Shown here one piece after another: positions 21,007-29,965 of a stretch of 64,000 bases of DNA. A program made the translations under genes and the position numbers. Under the pieces are notes generated by a model that saw nothing but the letters and a program-made list of their open reading frames with translations, was not told the origin of the DNA and made no database searches. Position 1 is the stretch's first letter. Each line of letters begins with the position of its first letter. Source of the DNA: Cenarchaeum sp. (GTDB lineage Archaea; Thermoproteota; Nitrososphaeria; Nitrososphaerales; Nitrosopumilaceae); the NCBI GenBank assembly GCA_965242695.1, contig CBDESU010000001.1:544001-608000 (forward strand). Reading direction: 5' to 3'.

Positions 21007-21855
21007 ATGGGCGGCGAAGAGGCGGCGCGCGGGAGCGGCGGCAGGGGCGGCGGATCTGCGGGCCCTGCGCGGCCAGCGGCGGAGGCGGCCGGCGGCAGCG
21101 GAACGGCGGGATCGGGGCCGGCCCGGGCCGGGGGCCGAAGGGGGGCGCCGGCCGATGCCGACTCGATCGTGACGAGCATACAGACGAGGGTCTGGCGGTC
21201 GCTCAAGGAGGGGTACACGTACGAGGCGCCGTTCGAGGAGTCCGACGCCTTCCTGCGCAGCCACGTCCTTGAAAAGGTCGACATGGCCGTAATGTACACC
21301 GACCTTGTCGGCTCGACTGCGATGACGCTGGAGATGTCCGAGGAGAGGGTCGCCTCGATCATCAGCTCGTTCGTCCACGAGATGTCGTACGTGGTGCGGC
21401 AGTACAACGGGTACGTCCTAAAGTTCGTCGGCGATGCCGTGATCGCCTACTTTGACGGCACCAACGACATGCTCATGGCCGCCGACAGGGCCGTAGAGTG
21501 CGCAAAGTCGATGATCAGGGCCGTCGACGAGGGCATCAACCCGCTGCTCAACCAGTACGACTATCCCGACCTGTCGGCAAAGATCGGCATCGACTGCGGC
21601 AAGGTACTAGTCGTCCGGTACGGCTCGGACGCGCAGCGCTCGTACGTCGACCTGATGGGGCCCGTCCTGAACATTGCGGCAAAGATCCAGTCGCACGCAA
21701 AGCCGTGCCAGGTGCTCGTCGGGTCGGACGTGTACGAGAGCATGCACCCCTCGGGACGCGGCGCGTTCAGGGAGGTCGTGTGGAGGAACGACGAGTGGAG
21801 GTACAGGTCGCGCATCACGAGCCAGATCTACAAGGTGTACGAGCATGCCGGGTAG
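21007..21855 (+). CDS. Class III adenylate/guanylate cyclase domain protein
   Basis: 'MYTDLVGST', 'LKFVGDAV', 'KIGIDCG', 'DLMGPVLNIAAKIQ'. Confidence 0.92.
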   Translation: MGGEEAARGSGGRGGGSAGPARPAAEAAGGSGTAGSGPARAGGRRGAPADADSIVTSIQTRVWRSLKEGYTYEAPFEESDAFLRSHVLEKVDMAVMYTDLVGSTAMTLEMSEERVASIISSFVHEMSYVVRQYNGYVLKFVGDAVIAYFDGTNDMLMAADRAVECAKSMIRAVDEGINPLLNQYDYPDLSAKIGIDCGKVLVVRYGSDAQRSYVDLMGPVLNIAAKIQSHAKPCQVLVGSDVYESMHPSGRGAFREVVWRNDEWRYRSRITSQIYKVYEHAG

Positions 21856-21874
21856 CGGGGACGGCCGCGGGCGG

Positions 21875-22072
21875 CTACACCGAGAAGCGGCCGGGGCACT
21901 CTACGTGCTCGTAGTGGTGCTCGGTAAAGCGCTCGCCGACGACGTACATTACGATCTTGTGGAGGTCGTCGTCGGCGATGATCGCGTGGCACTTGGCGCA
22001 CCGCCGCACGCGCCCCGCATCCTCTACACGCGCCCTCTTCCCGGCCCCTGCTAGCTGCATGGCGACCCCCAT
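21875..22072 (-). CDS. Small putative Zn-binding protein
   Basis: 'RCAKCHAII...EHHYEHVECP'; protein-like composition. Confidence 0.6.
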   Translation of the reverse strand: MGVAMQLAGAGKRARVEDAGRVRRCAKCHAIIADDDLHKIVMYVVGERFTEHHYEHVECPGRFSV

Positions 22073-22254
22073 CGCGCCGCGACCCCTTAAGATCCGATGT
22101 CAAAATAAATCGAGCCCATGGCGCAAAAAAATAGACCGGTATGGCGCCGCGGCGCGCCGCGGCGGGATTTTTGGGCGCCGGGGCGGCCCCGCGCCGGCGC
22201 CGGGGGCCGCCTAGGGGCTCCTAGGCGCGGGCGCGCGCCGGCGCCTGGGCGCAA

Positions 22255-22773
22255 ATGCAGAAATATCCCCTCGTGCGGGGCCGTGCCGTGTCAATCTACG
22301 GCGCCGTCGCGCTAGGGTGGCAGATGGGCGCCTGGGCGCCTGGGCCGGCCGATGCTCCTGCTGCCTTGTTCCACGCGCACGCGCTCTCTCCGGCCGTGCC
22401 GCCGGGCGCCTCGCCGCCGGGGCTCGGCCGCGGACCCTACAGGGGCGGCGCGGCCGGCCTGGCCCCGCCGGCGGCCGCCCTGGGACCTAGGGCGGCATCG
22501 GCTCCGCTCCTTGACGGGTACCGCGAGGCGTACCGCCGGCTTGCGTCGGGCCTTGCGGGTGGCGGGCAGGGGAGGGCGCTGTACCCGCCGGGCCACCCGT
22601 TCTACTCGCGGTCAGAGTCTGCCGAGGCGCTGCGCGCCGAGAACGAGCGGCTGCGCAAGGAGATTGCGGACCTTAGGGCGCAGCGCGGGGACGGAACGGA
22701 CGGAGGCGGCGGCGCGGGAGACGGGATGCCCGGCGCCCCGCCGTCGGCGCCCTTTGGGCCGGATCGCATCTGA
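22255..22773 (+). CDS. Hypothetical protein with a C-terminal coiled coil
   Basis: 'LYPPGHPFYSRSESAEALRAENERLRKEIADL' is protein-like; start uncertain. Confidence 0.5.
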   Translation: MQKYPLVRGRAVSIYGAVALGWQMGAWAPGPADAPAALFHAHALSPAVPPGASPPGLGRGPYRGGAAGLAPPAAALGPRAASAPLLDGYREAYRRLASGLAGGGQGRALYPPGHPFYSRSESAEALRAENERLRKEIADLRAQRGDGTDGGGGAGDGMPGAPPSAPFGPDRI

Positions 22774-22915
22774 CCTGCCGTTGCGGCGGCGGCGGACGGC
22801 AGCGGGTTGCGGTGGCCATGCCATCCATTCCAAGCCAGTGACGCCTTTGTCACAGCGGCAGCCATCGTGTCGGGTACGGTGGAGTGGCAGGCGAGACGAA
22901 ACCTGCGACGCGGCC

Positions 22916-25900
22916 CTACACCAAGCCGACAGGGATGCGCTCGTCGACCGCAGCCTCGCGCTCGATCCGCATTTCGAGGGCCTCTGCGTAGTGGCGGAGA
23001 AACGACAGCACGTTCGGATCGGACTCGCCTGCGGCCAGCTGCTGCGCCCGCTTCTTCTTGTCCGCATAGTGCGACACAAGGGATCCCCTGTAGGTGCCGG
23101 CCATGAGGTTTGCGGCCAGCCCGTCCCTGACATCCTCGCGGTCGCCAAACCTCGCGACAAAGCCCCTGAGTGCGGAAAAGACGTGCGGCAGGTGGCGGGA
23201 CATGCGCCACGCCCTTTCGTCGGGATCTTCCCCGACCCATGCGAGGATCTCGGGCATGAGCGCAGCCATCAATTCATCGGCCCCGACCGCCTTTGACCAG
23301 CCGCCGTGCCCGATCCACTCGAGCAGCTCAAACGCCCCCTGGTCCAGGGGCGGAACGATGCGCCCGGCGATCATCTGCCACACCTCGCGCGGCCTTTTGA
23401 CCGCAACCACTGCCAGCGCGGAGGATGGCGGCTCCGACCCGGGGGCATGCAGCAGCACAGAGTCCCCGAACCGGTCGATCATCTCCCGGGCCAGCGCCAG
23501 GGCCCCGCCTCCGCCCTGCCGGGCAAGCGCAGATGCAAGATCCCTCCACGCGCCGCACACGACATGGTCGGGCTGTGCGCCGTCCGCGGGGTCGACGAGC
23601 CCCTTGTGCAGCAGGACATCCAGGGCGAGCCGCTCCGGCATGCGGGGCGCGGCGGCGGACTCCGCCCTCGGCCCCGCCACAAAGTAGGAGTAGAGCATGT
23701 CCAAGGCCGTGGCGCCGGCCGCTTCGTCCTGGCCGCACTTTTCAAGCACCAGGGCAACCAGGCCCGTGACGGCCTCGGCCGGGACGCCCCGCAGGCGGTG
23801 GCCGTACCGGAGCGGCTGGATGGACTCCAGCCCAAGCCTTTGGTCGGACACGCCCTGTGCTATGCGCTCGGCGGCCCTCTTCGTCATGCCTGTCCGCCCG
23901 GTGATCTCTGGCACGTGGGAGCAGAGGGCGTCATCGGCGAGCATCTTGTCAAGCAGGTCTTCAAGGGCGTCCCGGCGATCCTCCGCCATCTGATGCAGGT
24001 ATCCGCTCAGGAAGAGCGCCGTCGCGGCGCGGCCGGCCCTTCGCATCGCGGCCAGGAGGGGGCCCAGCATCCGAAGATCAGGATCCCGCTCGGCCACTGC
24101 GTGTCCAAAGTCGAGGCCATTGACCGCCTTGTCCGTGACCAGCCAGTCCAGCTCGGGCAAAAGGGCATCGCCGAGGACGGCCTCGCCTGCCAGCTTTTGG
24201 ATGGCGTCCGCGGCGCGATCGGGGTGCGGGCCAGTCCCCCACCCGCGCAGCGAATGCCGCCCCACATGGCGCCTTAATTCCGCCGAAAACCCCGTTCCCT
24301 CCATCGAGTCGCGCAGCGACGAGAGGCTCGCGGGCACCTCGGCGCTGATCCGGTCAGACTCCATGTCAAGGACCCGTGCGATCTGGTCAAGGAGGGGCAC
24401 CTTCTCCACGCGGCCCGACGCTGCCAGGGCCTCGAGGAGCGAGACGACGGGCCGGGAGAGCTCGGGGACGAGGAGGGCCTGGCGCGCCGTCCTGACGGCG
24501 GTCGCCGCCGCCTCTTCCTGGAGCTTGGCACTCCTTGAATCCAGGGCCGCCGTTTTGAGCAGGTTGAAGACGTCTAGGTAGTATCCGACCGCCTCGCCGC
24601 GGTCCCTTGGAGCCCACGGCTCGGGCATGTGCTCAAACCCCACGCAGCGCGGAACTGCGATCGAATGGCGGTGCATTTCGAGGACGTTGCCGCATGCCAG
24701 TACGGCCACGCGCCGGGCCTCGGGCGAGTCCGAGACCATGGCCTCCCTCACGACGGCAAGGCGGGCACGGTATGGGGCCGAGACGGCCGCGTCTGCGGGA
24801 TCGAGTGCGCGGCAGTAGGCGTCCAGCGAGGGGTTTGGATCGTACGCCTGCGACGCGCCCACGCCCCCGCCGGCCACTGCGAGCCTCAGCAGGAGCCGCA
24901 TTGCGCCGGCAAACGCGTCGGCATGAGAAAGCATCCGCGCCAGTGCATACGGTATGCGGCGATCGACGCGCCGCATGCCGGCCTCGAAGTCTGCCCCAAT
25001 CCTGCCGACTATCCGGTCGATGCATGCGAGGGCCGATGCGGGGTCGACCGAGCTGAGCGCCGCAAAGAAGCTTGCGTTCAGCCCTCTCCTCAGGGTGCGC
25101 TCCGAGTCCAAGGGATCCCCGGGCCGCAGCATGCCTTTGACGACTTTTGACGACTCGGGAGAGCCGCTCGCATAGCGGAACATGTCGAGGTGCCGCTGCA
25201 GCAGGCGATCGGATTCGTCCGCGGCCCCGCACTGGCCGGCAAGATCGCCCGCATAGGGGGCCGCTTCGGCCGGGTGGTTCTTCCACCACTCGGCCCACAG
25301 GTAGACGTGGAGCATCTTGGGCGTAATGTGGAGCATGTATGTGCCCTGCAGCACCTTCATCCTGCGCAGATCGCGTATGGTGGACATGAACTTGTCCCTG
25401 GGCATCTGGGCGCTCTCCTCGACCAGCGCCGCTATGCGGTCAAGCTCGCGGCCGTAGGTGCCGCCGTACCCAAACGCCTTGAAGAGGCTCAGCCATTCCA
25501 GCGCCGTCTTTCGCGCATCAAACTCGCTCCCGCGCGGGTCGCCTTGCCCGGCGATGTGCCGATCCCAGACCGCCACGGTGTCAGGATCCCGCAGCGCGTC
25601 GCCGGGATTGTCCCTCAGGTTGGCGCCCGCGACATGGGCGGCGCGAGGCGATCCCCTGCAGTACTCCGCCCACGCGCCCGTGTCGGCGCCTGTTCCCGCA
25701 TACGCCGACAGTATCTCGCGGAGCTTGGCATCGGACAGCATCGGCACGCCCATGTGCTCCGTGCCGTCCGCGCCCTCGATCTCCTCGCTGTCTATGCTCA
25801 CAAGCCGCATCCTGCTCGAGCTTTTTGCGCTGTCCCAGACGCCTACCTGCTCTGAATAGCCGCAGTCGTCGACTACGACGATCGAGCTGGCCTGGCCGCC

Positions 25901-26713
25901 CGTCCCGCCCCTGTGGATGTGGCTCAGCATGGGCCCGAGCGAATCGGGGCCGCTGGCGTAGACGACCCTGTCCCTCAGCCTGTCGTCGCGGAGGGCCTCT
26001 AGGACCATTCGCGTCTTGCCCGCGCCGGGCTCGCCGGTGACCCTTACGTGCAGGGGCCCGTCGCCGAGCAGGTGCCCGCGCAGGCGGCGCACAAAGTCGG
26101 CCTCCCCGTCTCCCGACCTGAAGGCGCAGGACATGTCGCGGGACCCCGACCATTCGTCGTACGTGCAAAGCCCTTCCGCGCGGACGGGGCTTGCGGAGAG
26201 GGCCAGGTGGGGATGCCGGCCGAGCAGGCCCGCTATCCTTGCAGGGGCCCACACCTTTACGGATCCCCTGCACGGCGCCCGGGCGCGGCGCAGCTCTTCC
26301 GAAAACTTCGCCTCGAGGCCCCCCTCGTCCGCGTTCGGCCCGCCCCATGCGGTGAGCACTACCACAAGCGTGCCGCCGTCTCCCAGGCAGCTGCGTATGG
26401 GCTCCCCGAGCGCGTTGTCCCTGAACAGCATTCCGCGCACGTCTGCCGCACCGATGGATGCGCTAGACTCGACCCGGTACAGCGTTCGGCCCTGCCCTAT
26501 GAGGCCGCTGGCGCTTTCACGGGGGGCATCCGCAACCTCAAAGTCGACGCCGGCATCGTTGGATGCGATTCGGCCGCCGTCGTATATCCGGTCAGGGCTG
26601 ACTCCAGCGCTGTCCGCCTCTGCGTTGATCATGCGCCGGACAAGGGCCTCAGAGTCCTCGGCCGAGAGTGCCGCCAGCGCTTCTACGGGCACTTGAAACG
26701 GGCTTTCCAACAC
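22916..26713 (-). CDS. Large STAND-like P-loop NTPase with an N-terminal nuclease-like domain and a long helical C-terminus
   Basis: GTG at 26713 after TATA 'tttatat'; Walker A 'VTGEPGAGKTR'; Walker B 'IVVVDDC'; 'CRGSP' GxP motif; N-terminal 'NDAGVDFEV...TLYRVES'. Confidence 0.75.
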   Translation of the reverse strand: MLESPFQVPVEALAALSAEDSEALVRRMINAEADSAGVSPDRIYDGGRIASNDAGVDFEVADAPRESASGLIGQGRTLYRVESSASIGAADVRGMLFRDNALGEPIRSCLGDGGTLVVVLTAWGGPNADEGGLEAKFSEELRRARAPCRGSVKVWAPARIAGLLGRHPHLALSASPVRAEGLCTYDEWSGSRDMSCAFRSGDGEADFVRRLRGHLLGDGPLHVRVTGEPGAGKTRMVLEALRDDRLRDRVVYASGPDSLGPMLSHIHRGGTGGQASSIVVVDDCGYSEQVGVWDSAKSSSRMRLVSIDSEEIEGADGTEHMGVPMLSDAKLREILSAYAGTGADTGAWAEYCRGSPRAAHVAGANLRDNPGDALRDPDTVAVWDRHIAGQGDPRGSEFDARKTALEWLSLFKAFGYGGTYGRELDRIAALVEESAQMPRDKFMSTIRDLRRMKVLQGTYMLHITPKMLHVYLWAEWWKNHPAEAAPYAGDLAGQCGAADESDRLLQRHLDMFRYASGSPESSKVVKGMLRPGDPLDSERTLRRGLNASFFAALSSVDPASALACIDRIVGRIGADFEAGMRRVDRRIPYALARMLSHADAFAGAMRLLLRLAVAGGGVGASQAYDPNPSLDAYCRALDPADAAVSAPYRARLAVVREAMVSDSPEARRVAVLACGNVLEMHRHSIAVPRCVGFEHMPEPWAPRDRGEAVGYYLDVFNLLKTAALDSRSAKLQEEAAATAVRTARQALLVPELSRPVVSLLEALAASGRVEKVPLLDQIARVLDMESDRISAEVPASLSSLRDSMEGTGFSAELRRHVGRHSLRGWGTGPHPDRAADAIQKLAGEAVLGDALLPELDWLVTDKAVNGLDFGHAVAERDPDLRMLGPLLAAMRRAGRAATALFLSGYLHQMAEDRRDALEDLLDKMLADDALCSHVPEITGRTGMTKRAAERIAQGVSDQRLGLESIQPLRYGHRLRGVPAEAVTGLVALVLEKCGQDEAAGATALDMLYSYFVAGPRAESAAAPRMPERLALDVLLHKGLVDPADGAQPDHVVCGAWRDLASALARQGGGGALALAREMIDRFGDSVLLHAPGSEPPSSALAVVAVKRPREVWQMIAGRIVPPLDQGAFELLEWIGHGGWSKAVGADELMAALMPEILAWVGEDPDERAWRMSRHLPHVFSALRGFVARFGDREDVRDGLAANLMAGTYRGSLVSHYADKKKRAQQLAAGESDPNVLSFLRHYAEALEMRIEREAAVDERIPVGLV

Positions 26714-27154
26714 GCTAGGCGATTCGACGGCGCATATAAACCGACCTGGGCGGGGGGCCTGCGGCGGGGCAGTGCAAGCCGGGCGATCGCGCGCCGCATC
26801 GTGTTGCAGCGCGGCGGCAGTGGACGGCGGGCCGCCCTGGGAGGCGGGGTTGCGCGCAGGCTCGCGCAGTGTACAGGCAGGCCAAGGCCGCAGGCGGCCC
26901 GCCCTCGGCCCGCCCTGCGGGAGGAGGGCACATGCATGCCGCAGCTGCCCGCCGCAGGCGTTGCGCCGGTTCGCGCTGCGGCCAGCCGCCCACAGATATT
27001 GCATGCCTGATGCCGCCGCAGAGGGGTTGGGTGCATCCGAGCCTCGGGCCCGGTGCCCGTGCAGGCGACCTTCTCCGTGCATGTCCGGGCATGCCCGGCG
27101 CCCAGATCCCGGGCGCCAGCCGCATGCCGTGCGCCAAGCCATTAATAGTCCTGC

Positions 27155-27577
27155 ATGCCGCGCGCCGGCATGGCAAGGACGGCCTCGCAGAAGTGGGGGA
27201 CGCGCATCGCAAGGCACAAGGCGGCATGCCGCGGGATCGTCAGCCTGTCGGGCGCCGTCAGGTACGCCGGCGTGATCAACGAGTTCGGGCGTACGCTGGC
27301 CGGCGCGACAAGGCCCGGCGTAAAGTCGCACCTGAGCGCCGAGCAGGCCAAGAACGAGTTCTTTGCCGTCGCGACGCTGCTGTCGGTGCGCAAGAGGTCG
27401 TCGGCTGCCATCGGCGGCCTCGACCACGCCGTCATCCGCCACGAAAAGATCACCATAGTCGCGTTCATGTCCGGCAAGGACACCTACTACGTGTCCGTCG
27501 AGGCAGGCCATGCGGTGAGCGCCGCGATGGTGGCAAGGATGAAGAAGATCGCCGCCTCTGGCGGGGCGGCAAAGTAG
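27155..27577 (+). CDS. DUF6659/roadblock-like thaumarchaeal protein
   Basis: 'VRYAGVINEFGRTLAG...IGGLDHAVIRHEKITIVAF...YVSVE'. Confidence 0.7.
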   Translation: MPRAGMARTASQKWGTRIARHKAACRGIVSLSGAVRYAGVINEFGRTLAGATRPGVKSHLSAEQAKNEFFAVATLLSVRKRSSAAIGGLDHAVIRHEKITIVAFMSGKDTYYVSVEAGHAVSAAMVARMKKIAASGGAAK

Positions 27578-27863
27578 CCGTCCCGATCGCCTTACGTCTG
27601 CGCCGAATCGCTCCGACCCGCCCCCTTCTGCCCCTCGGACTGCCGGCGAGTGCCCTGCGCCGGGCCCTTTGACTATCACCGGCAACGGCCGGGCCGGGGG
27701 TGGAACTCCGCTGCACCTGCGAGACTCTCGCACATCCGTCGGGGCCCCACGCCGGCGGGGGAGCCGGCATGGGCCTGCGCCGTGGCCCTGCCTGGGCCGG
27801 CGTGCACCCGTGGTGCCTTGAGCCGAGTCGCGATGCCGCTCCCGCCCTTGAAGGGGCCCCTGC

Positions 27864-28277
27864 CTAGGCCGGCGTGTACCCGTGGTACCCGCCGGTCTGC
27901 TCGGCCTTGTCCGAAAAGTCCGGCTCGAAGAGCGAGACGAGGTAGCCGTCGGGGTCGACGACGATGGCGTTCTTGCCGGCCTCGCGGTTGACGATGTCGC
28001 GGTACACCTTTACGCCCTTTGACTTTAGCTCCTCTACGGCCGACCTCACGTCGCCGACGATGAACCCGATGGTGATGCCGTTGTCGATCGAGCTGCCCAT
28101 GTGCTCGGCCGTCAGCGAGGCGGGGTGCAGGCTGAGCAGGGCGCCGGTCGTCCCTAGGTCGATCCACGTGCGCCGCTGGTTCTTGATCGGCAGGCCGATC
28201 ACGTCGTGGTAGAACGACAGCGACCTGTCGAGGTCCTTGACGGCGAGTATGACGTTGCCGACCCTCTTTATCTGCAC
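27864..28277 (-). CDS. VOC (glyoxalase/bleomycin-resistance) family protein
   Basis: 'VILAVKDLDRSLSFY...IGFIVGDV...VVDPDGYLVSL'. Confidence 0.9.
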   Translation of the reverse strand: MQIKRVGNVILAVKDLDRSLSFYHDVIGLPIKNQRRTWIDLGTTGALLSLHPASLTAEHMGSSIDNGITIGFIVGDVRSAVEELKSKGVKVYRDIVNREAGKNAIVVDPDGYLVSLFEPDFSDKAEQTGGYHGYTPA

Positions 28278-28699
28278 GCCCGGCGCGGGGCGGCTAGGCG
28301 TTAAAACCCTTGCCCTTGGCCCCTAGGCGCGGCGGGAGGGCGCCTGCCCTGCGGCGGGCGGCGTGGATGCGGACGCGGCAGGGCTTGTCGCGTCCTAGAC
28401 CGCGCACTGCGCCCGTCCACCGGCGGCCCGAGCTCCGGCGAGCGGGGCCCCTCCGCAGGCGCCAGCAAGGATCGTCTCGTTGTTGCCGACTATGCCGCGC
28501 GCGCCGTACGCCGACGGCCGGCGACAAACCTGTCGGTCGAGCTTCCATGACACGGCGCCGCGACGGTAGGAGATGTGACCCAGGCCGATCCAATGTGGAA
28601 CGTGCCGTGCCACGGCAGCCGCCCGCCTGCAACAGGCTGGCCTACAACCCCTCCAGAGTGCGCCGGCAGGGCTCCCTCTGCCCTTGCGATGCGCGCATC

Positions 28700-29610
28700 C
28701 TAGGTATGCACCAGCGCGGGGACGGGCGCGCTTGAGTGCGGTCCTTCCACCGCAGCCGGCGACGCCGGCGCACCATCCTGTCCCTCGAACCACGCGATGT
28801 AGTGCCAGCCAAGTTTTCGGGCAGGACGGACGGTCACACGCGCACCCTGAGGCCGGTGGCTCCTTGCGCTCGGACCCGGCGTATGCTTTGGCGCGCATCC
28901 CCTCGTAGCGCGCGTGGGCCGTACCTACCGCGACCACAAACGCATCGAACGTGGATCCTGCTGAGCCTGCCTACATTACGACCGCATCGGGGGCGAGTAC
29001 GCCGGCGCCGTTGGACTACAGGGACACCTCTAGGTCGGACTCGGCTGGGACGGCCGCTGCGTGGCTGGTGCCAGAGGTCCGCTCGACTAGGTGGACGGCG
29101 CTTACAATGTGTCGTGTGCACGTCGACGGGGGTAGCGTAATGGCTAGGCCCAGCCCGTCGCTCGCTGGGTCGATCACCGTGACTGTTTCTTCGACGAACT
29201 CGCCGCCAACGGATGCGTGGATCGTATGGGCTCCACCACCAGCCCCTTGAAGGAAAAGATCCCATGGTCCGCGCCGGGCGGCATCTCGACGTACGGAGGG
29301 ACAAGGACGGCGGCCGGGTCCGCGCCGAGGTGGATCGTCATCGAGCCGCCACTGTCTTCGCCGCCGCCGGTACTGCCGGTACTGCCGGAGCCACGCGGCC
29401 CCTCGTGGCGGACCATTCCATAGTACCATGCTTCTGGCATCACATGAGCCGGGACGTACAGCTCCGCGCGGGGGACATCACCAGGCATGTCGGCGGCATG
29501 CGCGTGTGGCAAGGGGGATCATATTCCACGCCGGCGCCAACCGCCACCGCTACGGCCGCAACCGCGCTCATGCCGCGAGCGCAAGAATGCATGCGCGTCC
29601 GGCATGCGGC
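28700..29610 (-). pseudogene. Decayed remnant of a surface/exported protein gene
   Basis: Protein-like segments ('AELYVPAHVMPEAWYYGMV', 'VLVPPYVEMPPGADHGIF', 'IHASVGGEFVEETVTV', 'DLEVSL*SNGAGVLAPDAVVM*AG') spread over several frames with in-frame stops. Confidence 0.55.
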
Positions 29611-29965
29611 CCATCCTGCAGGCCTCCGGCGGGCATTGCACGCGGCTTGTGATATGATTTATGGGGCAGGCGGATTAGTGTCGAATGGTAGGCTGGCCGT
29701 CGGCCGACGCGCTTCGGACTCGACACTGACATCGCACTAGCCGCCTCTACACACGCATGGCTGCTCGAGCGAGCACGCATGGCTCTCATCTTGCTGGTGT
29801 TCCATGTTAGACGGGCGCATCGTTGACCATTCGCCTCTGAAGTCAGAGAGTAAGAGCCGCACCTGCAGACAGCACCGGCAAGCGCGGACTAAGACGATGG
29901 ATTGTCAGACGTGGGTTGAAAAACGCCGCCTAAGAGTTATATGAAGGCCGTCTAGACGCCCGCTG

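Noticed and set aside
22145-22164. GC-only palindrome cgccgcggcgcgccgcggcg
   Set aside because: Low-complexity, plausible by chance at this GC content.
26714-27733. N-terminal extension of the 1605-aa ORF
   Set aside because: Overlaps a real + strand gene; a TATA box supports the start at 26713.
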